From assembly GCA_036867785.1 (NCBI GenBank), contig CP145416.1:310001-374000 (forward strand): a stretch of DNA of 64,000 nucleotides, given 5' to 3'. The notes beneath the pieces were generated by a model. The model saw nothing but the letters and a program-made list of their open reading frames with translations. It made no database searches and was not told where the DNA came from. The number at the start of each line of letters is the position of its first letter. The first letter of the stretch is position 1. This document shows, in pieces, positions 1 through 11,819 of the stretch. The DNA is from Plasmodiophora brassicae (lineage: Eukaryota). The position numbers and the translations under genes were made by a program.

Positions 1-108
1 CTTCGTAAACGGCCAGCGCTCAGCGGTATATATGTATTCACAACGTGAACGTGGTAGACAATAGATGGATCATGGAAATGGCGTGTCCAAACGCGTGGTT
101 GGCGGGGA

Positions 109-1339
109 TCAAAGCAGCGGTTCGAATGTCGCTGTTGTAAGGAAGAGCTTGCCGTCCTCCGTGACGGCACTGTCCCATGTCGACACGCAGTGCACGACCT
201 TGCCGTCCAGCCGCAACAGGGTCACAGGCAGGACCGCCCGCTTCTTGCCCAGAACGAACACGTCAATGGCGTGATGTACAACCGCCGACCAGGATGACGA
301 CTCGAATAGCCTAAATGATAAAAAGGCATAGTCAAATAGGCGGGATTTCGCGAAGGGACTGCCTAATTGATACGGACATGAGAAACGGGTGCGCGTACTT
401 GCGCTTATCGTCGGTCACTCTGGGATACGACTGGCAGAGAGCCCGCAGGTTGGCCAGAGTGTATCCTAACAGTGCCTGAGCCCGCTCAGTCACCAGCAAG
501 GAGTATCGGACAACTGGCAGCTCGCTATAATCGATTTGAATCTGCAACATCAATGCGTCTGATGGCGGAAGCTGTCCGCATGTTTCAGTACCAGAACCAC
601 ACATCGCATCAGAGTGCATACTGTTCCAATGTCGAAGGATACGGCAAGCGGTTCCAACGACGCCAGCCATGATTCCAACTGCGCATCGACAGCTGATATA
701 CAGGACGTCATTGATTGACGAAACGCGATGAGGTCATCACGCGATAAAACCGCCGCTATCACGGATAGGAACGTGTTCCTGGACAGAGAGCACTCAGAAT
801 ACATTGTTGGGATAGCCGATGTTTGATCGGCGCACGTACAGTCTGGTCGGGGCTAGAATGAAATTGGCAATGTCGAACGTGGTATACCTACGCAGAGACG
901 ACAGGACAGCATTTCGGAGCCCTTCTGGGACGATGACGGCAGCGAAGACGGGCGTGTCGGGAGCGGCGGTACCAGCAGGTGCACCAGGCACAGTTGACGG
1001 ATACGACGTCATCGGCTCGGCCCTGTTGTCCCTGTGCAGCGACCCGGCGGCGTTCCGCCTCGGCAGGATCGTGCACTTCTCGGGCTGATTTAGGCGTACA
1101 CATCGCCCGCAGGGTCGCTCATCGCAGCAGGCGACTTTCGATCGATAACACGGGTCGCAGGCTTTAACGGCCTTGCGCTTCCGCTCAGGACGGTCTTGAC
1201 GGGTCTGCACGCGGTCCATGCACTGCTCGGGAACGCCACGCTGAATGCATCGGTAACACGGCCGTCCCTGATCGCATTTCGCCTTATTGGCGGCGCACAG
1301 CGAACAGGCTCTCTTCAACCTCGGTGCCGGCGCCGACAT
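109..1339 (-). CDS. Transcription factor with two tandem Zn2Cys6 clusters and a C-terminal PAS-like domain (Ert1/Rds2/AcuK-like), multi-exon
   Basis: ATG at 1339 gives MSAPAPRLKRA-CSLCAANKAKCDQGRPCYRCIQRGVPEQC and a second CDPCYRSKVACCDERPCGRCVRLNQPEKC. Later exons give VTERAQALLGY and LLRLDGKVVHC...DGKLFLTTATFEPLL, with stop TGA at 109-111. Confidence 0.8.
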
Positions 1340-1691
1340 TGCCGTCCGAGTGCATATGCGTCGGCTCGGCAGACTCGGTGCCAGGGTACAGATGGACGGC
1401 TGGCCGAGAGAGAGGGAGCGAGAGCGGACGAGGCTCCCCGCTGGCTGGGCGGGATTTACCGCAACTGCCGCAACTTCGCACCTGCCAGTCGCGCGGACTC
1501 CCGATCCGAAGAATCGCGGGGCCGGCCTGGGGTTCGGCGGCCCTCCCCGATTGCGAGTGCGGCCATGCCGTGCGGCACTGTAGGACCTACCACCGGTGGC
1601 TACGCAACCACGCAGGGCCAAACCAGTCCAAAACATGCCTGGGACGGTCGGCGCGGCCGCACCACCTCAATGCCGCCGCCGGACTGGGCCT

Positions 1692-2410
1692 TTACTGGCG
1701 GACAAGTTGGACGCGGGTCCAGGCCGGGCAGGATCCGTCCTCGCATGATGCCAGCAGCGATGCCAGGGACTGCGGATCCGCGCTCCCGAGGAACCTGGCG
1801 GGCAGGCCGCCCCACACCTGGCCGGGCGGGATCTGCTTGAACGGCGGAACCAGCGACCCCGGCATGACGATTGACCCGGTTCCAACCACGACTCCGTCAA
1901 GGACAATGGCTCCTACGTACGATACCACTCGGTGATACTGTCCAACTGCGAACGCATGACGTGGGTACCTGGGCCAACACACGCGTTCTCTTGGACGGTG
2001 CAGGCATGCAGAACGGCCCCACATCCGATCCTGGATCCGGATCCCACCTGTTCGAATACAAATATATTACTCGCAGGCTGGCCATCCTCTGCTCTGCGTT
2101 CACTACTGTGGTTGCCAGAGAATTCCCCGCCGGATTGTGTTTCGCCACATGGACAACGACGCCCGGTTCGATATGCACACCGTCACCGATGCTGATATCT
2201 GGACGCGCACACGATCAGCGTCGCACGCCGGCAGGAGGAATTCCCATCCGCGGCACCGTTGACGTCGCCGCGCAGTACAGCGCCGTGCCCGATTGTCGTG
2301 CGGTCGCCCACCACCGTCCTGCCGATCACCGTCCCCGACAGCGCGGCGCTGGAAGCGACCCGCGGTGCCACGCCGGCGAACTTCAACACGGTCCCGCCGC
2401 TGGGCGGCAT
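1692..2410 (-). CDS. Gamma carbonic anhydrase-like hexapeptide-repeat protein, multi-exon; ends uncertain
   Basis: Exon peptides TIGHGAVLRGDVN, IEPGVVVHV, IGCGAVLHACTV, GAIVLDGVVVGTGSIV and IPPGQVWGGLPARF are typical of the gamma-CA left-handed beta-helix. Confidence 0.8.
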
Positions 2411-2687
2411 CGCAGTGCGATCGACAGTCGCGCGATATTCCACGATTGCGCCGTGCGCTGCTTCCTGTGTAGAACGGACTGGGCACACGTTTTAGTAGGC
2501 AATACATAGGCCGCTGGGGGGCGCGCCCCGACTACAAACAGGGCAAGCGACCAGGCGAGATTCGACCGGGTGAGATAGGTACCTACCGGGATGGCGCGTG
2601 TCGCCTTTCAACGCGTGCATAATATCTAGCGTTGTCGATGGCAAGGCGTTGCTCGTGAAGACGGGGGTGACCGGTCCAGGGGGGTCG

Positions 2688-3703
2688 ATGCCGCCGCCGC
2701 CGTTTGCCGCATCGGGCGGCTTCTCCATCCAGTGCAAGACGATGCGGCACCCGAACGAGGATCGGTTCACGATCGTCGAGGCCCTGTCGACTGCAGATGC
2801 GTCGGTCGGGTTCTTTGCCGTCTACGACGGGCACTGCGGCGACGCCTGCAGTGCGTTCCTGGCCGACACGCTTCACAATCGCGTGCGCGAATCGCCCGCG
2901 TTCACCTCCGGCGACTACAAGCAGGCGCTGGCCGACGGCCTGCTCAGCACCGAGCGAACTTACCACATGCAAGTCATCGAAAACGAGAAAGCCGGCGTGG
3001 TTGACGAGAACCCGGACGACGATGGACCGAAGCGTAACTCGTCTATCATGGGACCATTGCTGGGCGTCTCTGACGGGTTCGCGCGCAGAGTCATCCGGGT
3101 CCTGCGTCGTGGCCACGATCCGCACTGGACCCCGATTGTACATCGCAAACCTAGGCGACTGTCGTGCCATCTGCTCCGTCAACAATATGTCGAAGATGCT
3201 GACACGGGACCATAAGGCGACGGATCCGCAGGAGAAGGTACGGCTGTGAAGCGCACGTGGGTCCCAGATGGGCGGCCGCTGACGGCTACGGCAGGCTCGC
3301 GTCGTCGAGGCCGGCGGGTTCGTCAGGTCCAATCGCATGTTTGGCCTGATGTCGGTGACGCGATCGATTGGCGACTTCGAGTACAAGGACGGCAGCACAA
3401 CGGGGACCCTGATCTCGACTCCCGATCTATTCGAGGTACAACCTACCCGTCCGGCCTGCTAGCCCACGGTTGCTTACGCGCGGGTGCGGCCAGGAGGAGA
3501 TAACACCTGGGCATCAGTGCTTGATCATGGCATGCGACGGGCTGTGGGACGTGGTCGACAACGCCCTCGCAGTCGAGACCGCCGTCGATGGGCTTCGTGC
3601 TGGGCAGTCCGCCTCGGAAACGGCCAGAGAACTCGCCAAACTCGCTGTCCAGCGCGGCAGCAACGACGATATCACCGTTGTAGTCGTCCCCCTTAATATA
3701 TAA
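2688..3703 (+). CDS. Protein phosphatase 2C (PPM family), multi-exon
   Basis: Motifs NEDR, FFAVYDGHCG, LYIANLGDCRA, TRDHKA, VTRSIGD, LIMACDGLWDV and GSNDDITVVVV. Confidence 0.93.
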
Positions 3704-3889
3704 AGCAGGGCGGCCCGCCGTCCCGCTACTCCCAATGGCAACGGCGATGGCCGAGTATCGCAGGCGCCCGCGAATGTTCTCGAACGGCATTGTAGTACCG
3801 CTGGCAGGGTGCACCAGGTCTAGAACGACGATCAATAGACCTGCGCTTCGCCGGTGCGACCCAATGTGCAATGGTAACCCTGGTCGGAT

Positions 3890-5011
3890 ATGCCACCCGA
3901 GGTACCCTCCAGTGATCCCGTCGGCGTACGGCCACCGATTGCTCGTCACGAACCGGCAATGGAGGTCAGCGCTGACGGGTTCGACGTCGCCAGGAGCGGC
4001 AAGGTCGAGCCGAGGACGGGCCCCGGCAGCGATGTCGAGGTGGTCGGCGGCGACGCCCTGGAATCGTTCATCCGCCATGGGATGGAGCTGTTCCGCGACG
4101 ACCATGGGGAGTGCCTCGAGGGCGAGGTGGACCTGATGGTCCGGGGCCTAACGATCATGGCGCACAGCACGCGACGCCCAGGGCTGGCGGACGCCCAGTT
4201 CCGCCTCGACCTGCACAACTGGGACCTGAGGCGGGTCGGCCCGCTGCATCTGGCCGAGTCCATCGCCAGCACGCCCGTCCTCTACGACAACATCGTCTCG
4301 TTCGACCTGCGCCGCGCCAGCATCGACGACGACGCCCTGATCGCCCTGGCCGCCCACCTGCCACCCGCCGTCAGGGACATGGACCTTCGCAGCAATGCGT
4401 TCGGCGCTCGCGGCTTGACCGTGCTCTGCGCCGCGTTCCTCCGACGACCCATCGGAATCGTCGCGTTGAACGTGTCCGACAACGCGGCCATCGGTGACGC
4501 GGGCACCTGGCCGATCTTGCGGGTGGCGGCGGCGTGCCCGACGCTCACCTCGCTAGACCTGTTCCACATCGGATGGTCTCGCGACGGTGCTCTGGTGGCG
4601 CTTCGTGCCCTGGCCCATTGCGCATCGCTCCGGCGCCTGGCGGTCGGCATGGCACGCGTTGGCGATCAAGGCGCCGGCATCGTCGCCGCTGGCACGGCAC
4701 CGATCACCGACCTCGCCATGGACAACTGTTCGATCGGCGACCCGGGCGCACGCTCCCTGGCGTTGTCGCAGCTGCGCCTACACGCTCTTCACCTTCGTGA
4801 CAACTGGATCGGCGACGACGGTGCCAGGACGATCGCCAGTGCCATTGCGACCAAGCAACCCTCGCTGCGACATGTCGACCTGACCGGGAACGTCGTCACC
4901 GGCGCTGGCCGCGATGAGCTCGTTCGCGTGCAACGGCAATGCAGCGTGAGCCTGAGCCGGAACGCGTTCGACGAACCGATAGCGACGTTCTCGCCCGGGC
5001 ATGTTCCATAG
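3890..5011 (+). CDS. Leucine-rich repeat protein (RNI-like); start uncertain
   Basis: Repeats such as MDLRSNAFGARG, LNVSDNAAIGDAG, LHLRDNWIGDDGA and VDLTGNVVTGAG. Confidence 0.8.
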   Translation: MPPEVPSSDPVGVRPPIARHEPAMEVSADGFDVARSGKVEPRTGPGSDVEVVGGDALESFIRHGMELFRDDHGECLEGEVDLMVRGLTIMAHSTRRPGLADAQFRLDLHNWDLRRVGPLHLAESIASTPVLYDNIVSFDLRRASIDDDALIALAAHLPPAVRDMDLRSNAFGARGLTVLCAAFLRRPIGIVALNVSDNAAIGDAGTWPILRVAAACPTLTSLDLFHIGWSRDGALVALRALAHCASLRRLAVGMARVGDQGAGIVAAGTAPITDLAMDNCSIGDPGARSLALSQLRLHALHLRDNWIGDDGARTIASAIATKQPSLRHVDLTGNVVTGAGRDELVRVQRQCSVSLSRNAFDEPIATFSPGHVP

Positions 5012-5054
5012 GTAAACCATAGGTAGACGAATGGGTACAGGAGCGTGTATACGA

Positions 5055-6032
5055 TCAGTTAGAGGATTCGCCGCCCTCCTTTGGCGGTTCGGCGCCTGCG
5101 TCGCCCTGTTTGGGGGTATCCGCCTGCTTGGCGGGGCCGTTCGGGTTCTTGTAGGTCGCGACGCCGGCGGATCGCAGGACGCGGTCCTTGAACATGAACC
5201 CGGGGATGATGACCTTGGCGATGGTACCATGCGTCTGCGTTGTGGTCGGCTCCTCGAAGAGGGCATTGTGCGAATGCGGGTTGAACGGCGTCTCGCCCAC
5301 GACAACGTGCATCTGTTCGACGCCGTGCTTGCCGAACGCTTTTCGCAGGCCGGACTCGGTCAGCTCAAGGCCCTCGAGCAGCGACTTCAGCGGGGCGTTC
5401 TTGGCGGCCTCATGACGGTCAACATTTTCCAGGGCCCGGTTCAGGTTGTCGGACACCTCCAGCAGGTCCTTGGCGAACCCGGTTATCGAGTACTTGTACG
5501 CGTTGTCCACATCACGCTTCGAGCGGTGGCGAACGTTCTCCATCTCTATGCATCAGCGTACTCAGTATACGACGACGCGGATGAGACCGCCCGCCGGTAG
5601 GTACCCGCCAGCGCCCGGTACAGTTTCTCCTTGATGTCGAGAATCTCCTCGTCCTTCTCCGAGATCAGGTCCGCCATTTGGGCCATCTCGTCCTCACGTG
5701 CGTCCGACTATGCGACTGCGGGTCAGACCAGCTCAGGATACGACTGGTATAACGACAACGCGTACGGATGTCTCCGCATCTGTCTGCTGCTTCTCCTCGC
5801 CGGCACCGACCTTGTCAGCGCCTTCGGCAGGTGCAGCGCCGGCCGCAGCGTCCTTCGGGTCATCCGGTGTCGCTGCTGCCGCCGCGGCATCGTTCGGCTT
5901 GGCGTCCTTCGGGGTGCCATTGGTGGCACTGGAGAACAGCATCCGGGCGATCGGCGCAGCGACAGGCATCTGCCGTCGGTACAACGCGAGTCCGGAAGCC
6001 CGCCTCATGAATCGTCCCAGTGCGAGCGACAT
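5055..6032 (-). CDS. MGE1: Mitochondrial GrpE nucleotide exchange factor, multi-exon
   Basis: Arg-rich presequence MSLALGRFMRRASG..., then MENVRHR, FAKDLLEVSDNL, FNPHSHNALF and GFMFKDRVLRSAGV. Confidence 0.93.
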
Positions 6033-6526
6033 GGTTGTACGGGCGGTCGGTTCCCCCCGTCCGGGTTGCTGGTCGTGCAATCTGACGGGCGCGTGCGACT
6101 GCGGGTGTGTAGCCTCGCAGTCGCCCGCCCGTGCCGTGGCGGCGCACTTGCCGATCGCGCTGCAGTCCGGAACTTTCCTGCGAAAGGTCCCCCATTGGCG
6201 GTTGGCGCGTATTTACGATGTGGCGGTGGGCCCCGGCCGCGAGAACAAGCGGGGCTTGTCGGCGTTAGGTAATGACACCGTATGCACATGAACGGGCATC
6301 AGCAGGCAATATCCCGTCGTTGCGCTCATTTCAGTTGGCGACCTGATGCGGCGCCTGCCTCGACGTGCCGCGCACGGCAACACGGCATGGCGCCCCCCTC
6401 TGTCCCCACTGGCCACTGGGCGGTTGCGTGACTGGGGCGTGCGTCGCGTGAAGTCAGTCGCGCTCGCCCGGCCCGTCGGCGTTACATTTGTGACAACCGG
6501 GTCGTCCTCGTCGAATGCTGGGTGTC

Positions 6527-8706
6527 ATGCAGCGGGTCGCCGTTGCTGCGCTGGTCGCGTGCTGCTCCTGTGCGTGTGCGGGCGACCTGTTCCACGTGGC
6601 GTCGGGCGGGGTCATTGTGGACCAGTTCGGGCGGCAGCGTATCTTCCATGGATTGGTACGCGTCGCGAGCGCCTCGCCGCCGAACGTCGTCGCTGTCTGA
6701 CGGGCGCAGAATGTGGTCGAGAAGGTCCCGCCGTACATCCCGCGACGCGATGCGTTCGATTCGAGTCGGTCCCTAGCAGCGCACGACATCGACCTGCTAC
6801 GGCAATGGGGGTGAGACCGTTCCACTCGCCTTGCCTGGGAGCAGCACTACAGCGGTGGGCACAGGTTCAACGTCGTGCGCCTCGGCGTCCTCTGGGCAGC
6901 CGTCGAGCCCTCACCCGGCCTGTACAACGAGACGTTCTTGGGCGAGATCCGCGGTACGTAACGCTGATCCGCGGGTGGTGCTGACCAATGGACACCGACA
7001 GATCACATGCACAGATCTGGTCGACGAACTGGGCCGGGCTGGCATCTATACAGTGATCGACTCGCACCAGGTACAACCAACCTGCAGTGGCACCAACAAT
7101 ATTATCCTATAACGTTGGTCGCGTTCGTTAGGATTTGATGAACCCATCGTTCTGTGGAGAAGGGTTCCCCGACTGGGCCACCCGTCCCATGCAGACTTCC
7201 TGCGACGGGTACGTCCACTGCCCGCAACCGACGACCTGCGTTTGTAACCGACGTGCGACAGCGTGTTCGCCAAGATTGCCCGGCGCTTGTTCGGCGCCTG
7301 CCAGACTCTGCCCGACCTGGGCGTCTCTGTCGACCCTGTCACCGGGTACGCCAACCGGACCGACTGCCTCAAGACGAACTTTGCCCGATATTACCTAACC
7401 CCCGAAGTCGGATCGGCGTTTGATAACTTCTTCGGCAGCGCAGATCTGCGACTGGCGTTCGCCAAGCAGTGGAACCAGATCGCCCGTGCCCTGTCTGGCT
7501 CCCCGTACGTCGTCGGCTACGACCTGCTCAACGGTACATCAGTGTGTCGGCGGCGAGGCCTGTCTGACTGACTGACAAACCTCACACAGAGCCCTGGATT
7601 GGCAACGTTTGGGACAACATCCGCCTCATAGAGCCTGGCTATGTGGACAGGACCCTGCTGCAGGGCCTGCACCACGATGTGCACAACGCCATTCGCGAAG
7701 CCGACGACAAGACGTTGGTCATCTACGAAGAGACGCAGTTTCCGGATTCGTTCCCGATCTTTGGTGGCCTCGTCCATGAAGTGGGGTTCACTGAGAACCC
7801 TGCTGGACCGCACAGCCCGTACTCGAATCGGACCGTGCTGTCGATGCACAATTACTGTTGCATTGCGAGCCCATCGGCGTGCGATCGCGATGGCAACCCT
7901 GTCGCTTCCGACGCCCACCTATGCGACAAGTATGCCCAGCGCAAGGTGCGGCACACGGTTTCTTGTATGCATGGATTGGCATATAAAGACCTTGACGATC
8001 TCTGTAGATTTCAACGCGGGTGAAGGATAGCCGCCGGCTATCCAGCGGTTTGATGTTGACTGAGTTTGGCGCGTGCATGGACCCGGTCCTATGTCCTCAG
8101 GAGATCACCCGCGTCACGTCGCATGCCGACGACATGCAGCTGTCCTGGATCTACTGGCAGTACAGTAACGAGCAGCGCGCCGTGCAACTGCCCTGCCTGG
8201 CTCTGACCGAAACACCCGCCTAGAGTATTCCGATGACGTTACGACCCAGTCAGGGGACGGTGAAGGGCTCTTCAATGCCGATGGATCTATCCAGATGGAG
8301 AAGCTCCGGGCGTTATCGTAAGACATTCGCTTGGCATTACGCAAAGGTACGTTGCCGTCTGAAGGCATGTGTGCCGTTCTGTAGGCGTACGTATGCACCG
8401 GCGGTTCAGGGGCGGATCCATTCGATGGCGTTTGATGCGACGGCTGCCGCATTCCACCTGGAGTTCACGCTGGACCCGTCTGTGGCGGCTGACACTGAAA
8501 TTTACTTCAACGAAGACCTTCATTACCCGAATGGATACCGCGTTGTCCTGGCACCACCAGATGCCGTGTCGTGGTCCTACGTTGAGCGCAACCGCATCGT
8601 GGTATCCGTTAAGCGGCACACGTCGCTGGCCCAGCTGGACGGCACGCGAATTACCATTGGCATACAAAGGATTCCAAGCAAGCCTGAACGTGTGCAGACG
8701 TTATGA
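6527..8706 (+). CDS. Secreted GH5 glycoside hydrolase, endoglycoceramidase-like, multi-exon
   Basis: Signal peptide MQRVAVAALVACCSCACA, then VDQFGRQRIFHG/NVVEKVPPY, IDSHQD, GEGFPDW, acid/base GYDLLN-EP (intron-split), nucleophile LTEFG, and C-terminal RTYAPAVQG...TEIY. Confidence 0.88.
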
Positions 8707-9292
8707 TCGGCGGGACGATGGAGCCCATGCTGCATGTCCATTATAAACGTTGTCGTGGTGTCGCCGGGCGTTACTATCCGTCCCACGGGCGCAGGTCTCG
8801 TTAGCCCTGTGGGTAATATAGGATCAGACCACCCTTTTCCAACAGTTGCCGAGATGAGATCGACCTACGGTTGTTGCCGCGGATGTCGATGCTGGCGCCC
8901 ATGACGGTCGTCAGACGGGTCAGGGACACCAACGCCCGAGGAAATCGTCCCCGCGTTCTTGTGGGTGTTGATCGTGACCGCCCGTTATTCAGTTGGTGGT
9001 TTCAACACGAGGCTGGACTCTATATCGCTTGGACACGATCAGCATCCAGAAGAACGCAGGTCTTCGAGTTCTTCGGGAGATTTGACCCTGGCACTGCTGA
9101 ACGTATTTCCACAAGAGGTCACCGAACAGGTGACCGTGACGATCGGACCAAGGCAGGCGCATCGTGTGGGCTATGCCATGGTGTCGAGATACCACATGGA
9201 GATCACCGCAACGCCTGTCGACAACAGCCAACTTGCCGCCTGTACTAGGGCCAACCAGGGCATGTGATTATGCTTTATGCGATATGCTTCAT

Positions 9293-11497
9293 TCACCACA
9301 CAAGTCGCTCGTTGTCAATCCGCTCAGACCATAGTGGGTTTGGCCGCTCGACACAGTCGGCATCGGCCTTTCCGTCGTTGGTGTTCACAAAGACCATTGA
9401 CGCCCCCACAGTAAGTGCATCGCGACATTTCTTGCACCGGGCTCTCCTTCGGTCGTGCTGACAGATGCCGCCCCCTCGACACTTCTTGCAGTGGAATCTC
9501 TGTCGGTCGTGTTCACACATGGCACCTCCTCGGCACTCGTTGCACTTGGACCAGCTATGCCGCTCGTGTTGACAGATGCCCTCCTTCCCTCCACAGGCTT
9601 TGCACAAGTAATTGACTCGCCGATGCGCACAGATTCCGGGACCGCCACACGTCGTGCAATCTCCTTTCCGTCGTTCATGTTCACAGTAAGCGTGCGGGCT
9701 GCAAACCCTTTTCCATTGCCCGTTCTCACACCGCCCTCGGAGGCATTTGACCTGCCCATGACGTTCGGATGGCAATGGGTGCACCCTGCGGTCGCTCGTG
9801 GTGGCAGGTTCTTCCGTTGTACCTTGAGTCCGCACTGGTTGAGACGCAAACGGGGCAACACTGCAACCTTCATGGCTGGATGTGGCGACCGATATTACGG
9901 GAGGTGGCGCGCTCGTTCCAATGAACGCAGTATAATCGCCAACCTGAAACTGGGTTGGATTCAGTGTGTCTGGAACGAGGTCGCCTCGGTCGGTGGCGGC
10001 TTGGTTCGGCGGGCACTGGGTCGGCCGTTGCCGTACACCGGAATCAGTAGACAGCACATTCGGGACCGCCATTTGCATCCAGTGCCCAATTTCAGGGAAA
10101 TCCTGCCTCGATAGGAATGCACCGTTGGATTCGTCTGAAATACTCGCTACGGCTTGATGAACTGGGTCACCGAATTCGACAAGGTATGGAACCTGGGTCC
10201 TGGAGAACGTCATTGCCAAGGTGCTCAAAGTGGAGTACTGAAAACCACTGGGGTCGAAAGGAGATCGGGTGTCAATGGGAAGACTATCCCAGTTGGAATT
10301 CGTCGGCCATGAGCTGAAAGTGGCGCCTTGTGGTACTTCGGCTGCGTCCTGCAATTCAAATTCGATAGAACGGGAGGTCATTGGAGATAGGACGTCAATG
10401 GCGCGGTGGTGCCCGTTGGCATTGAGTGGCCACGCGCCTAAAGTGCACTCGGCCTGTAGTACTTGGGCGACGCCTTGCGGTTGAAATTCGCCATGGCAGC
10501 TCTCTTCAATTGGATATTGGCTGTCAATGAGGAGACGTCCGTTGGAGTTGGTAATTGGCCATGCGCTGAACGTGGCGTCTTGTGATATTTCGGCTACGTC
10601 TTGCGTTTGGAATTCGATGGGACAGGGGACAGTTGGAGGTAGGATGTCAATGGCGTGATGCCCGTTGGCATTGGTTGGCCATGCGCCTAAAGCGGTGTCG
10701 TGTAGTAGTACTTCGGAAATCCCTTGCGATGGAAATTGGCACTGGCAAGGTTCGATTGGATCAGGGTGGAAGTCGATGGCAAGGTGCTGGTTGGCGCTTG
10801 TAAATGGCCATGTGCTCAAAGTGGCGTCTTGAGGTGTGTCATCAGGAACGCCTAGCCAGGCAAACCCATTGTAACAGGGGTCCATTAGAGTTTGGATGTC
10901 ACATTGAGGATGCGCGTTGGCGTTTGTGTGCCAGGTGTGAGGTATGCTCTCGTGAAGTATTGCAGTAACGCCTTGCGATCCGAACTCGCCACGACCGGGA
11001 CTGAATCGACCGTGAACCTCAAAGGGAAGGTGCTGCCCGTTGGGGTTCATATGCGACAGAAATTCCACATCGGAAGTGTCGGACGGTAATCCCGGCAGCT
11101 CGATTGGCGACGATATTACGTTTCCGTTGCTGAGGACGCCATTGCCAGCTGACGATGCTGGCCACATGCGACACCCGCCATGGCAGGGGACAGTTCGAGC
11201 ATCGATGTCCACGGGAAGATGCCCGTTGGAATCAGTCAGAGAGATCACATCCGCATGGGTAGAGACGGACGGCAACCCCATGTCGGGGGACACCTGCTGG
11301 GGCGTCGCGGCATTGTGGGGACGCCACCTGACGTCGTCTGCTGTCGCTGCAATCAAGCATTCGGCGTCTCCAACGAGATGGGCAACTGGCCACCATGTCT
11401 CCCGTGTCGCTAACGCTGGACATGCACCCAGGTCAACAGCCGCTGCAGAGCAGGACGTCATGCCGCGCAGGCCAACTCGGGACCTGAAATGGAACAT
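9293..11497 (-). CDS. Hypothetical protein with ~39-aa internal repeats and five C-terminal CxHxRxxxxCxxCxG repeats
   Basis: Single long ORF. C-terminus CEHERRKGDCTTCGGPGICAHRRVNYLCKACGG...CQHDRRRARCKKC. Middle section has repeated WP(T/L)N(A/S)NG units. Start codon uncertain. Confidence 0.7.
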   Translation of the reverse strand: MFHFRSRVGLRGMTSCSAAAVDLGACPALATRETWWPVAHLVGDAECLIAATADDVRWRPHNAATPQQVSPDMGLPSVSTHADVISLTDSNGHLPVDIDARTVPCHGGCRMWPASSAGNGVLSNGNVISSPIELPGLPSDTSDVEFLSHMNPNGQHLPFEVHGRFSPGRGEFGSQGVTAILHESIPHTWHTNANAHPQCDIQTLMDPCYNGFAWLGVPDDTPQDATLSTWPFTSANQHLAIDFHPDPIEPCQCQFPSQGISEVLLHDTALGAWPTNANGHHAIDILPPTVPCPIEFQTQDVAEISQDATFSAWPITNSNGRLLIDSQYPIEESCHGEFQPQGVAQVLQAECTLGAWPLNANGHHRAIDVLSPMTSRSIEFELQDAAEVPQGATFSSWPTNSNWDSLPIDTRSPFDPSGFQYSTLSTLAMTFSRTQVPYLVEFGDPVHQAVASISDESNGAFLSRQDFPEIGHWMQMAVPNVLSTDSGVRQRPTQCPPNQAATDRGDLVPDTLNPTQFQVGDYTAFIGTSAPPPVISVATSSHEGCSVAPFASQPVRTQGTTEEPATTSDRRVHPLPSERHGQVKCLRGRCENGQWKRVCSPHAYCEHERRKGDCTTCGGPGICAHRRVNYLCKACGGKEGICQHERHSWSKCNECRGGAMCEHDRQRFHCKKCRGGGICQHDRRRARCKKCRDALTVGASMVFVNTNDGKADADCVERPNPLWSERIDNERLVW

Positions 11498-11819
11498 CGC
11501 GCAGCGGTGCCACTGCGCGGAGTCCGTCGAACTGCATCTGCAGACCCAATCGGCCTGTCTCTGCCGCGGCCCGGCCTCAACATGCCGCCAATCGCTGCCA
11601 TCGTAGCACGCGGATGCCTCTCGCGGTTCCACAACGGAGCCGACGTCCAGACCTGCGCGCAATCGCTGCGTACGACAAAGCGCTCCAGGGCAGGTGAACG
11701 TGACATATCGGGATGCAGGTCGCCTGCTGATGCGCTGTTATGATGGCGAATCTCGCGATACAGTCGACATTTGCCGTCGTTTGACGCCGGTGGCGCTTGC
11801 GCAGATTCTGCTTCCGAGA

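Noticed and set aside
2688-8706. Apparent frameshifts or pseudogenes in many genes
   Set aside because: The frame changes I checked coincide with short GT-AG introns.
8871-9267. Short ORFs downstream of the GH5 gene
   Set aside because: No recognisable motif or convincing gene structure.
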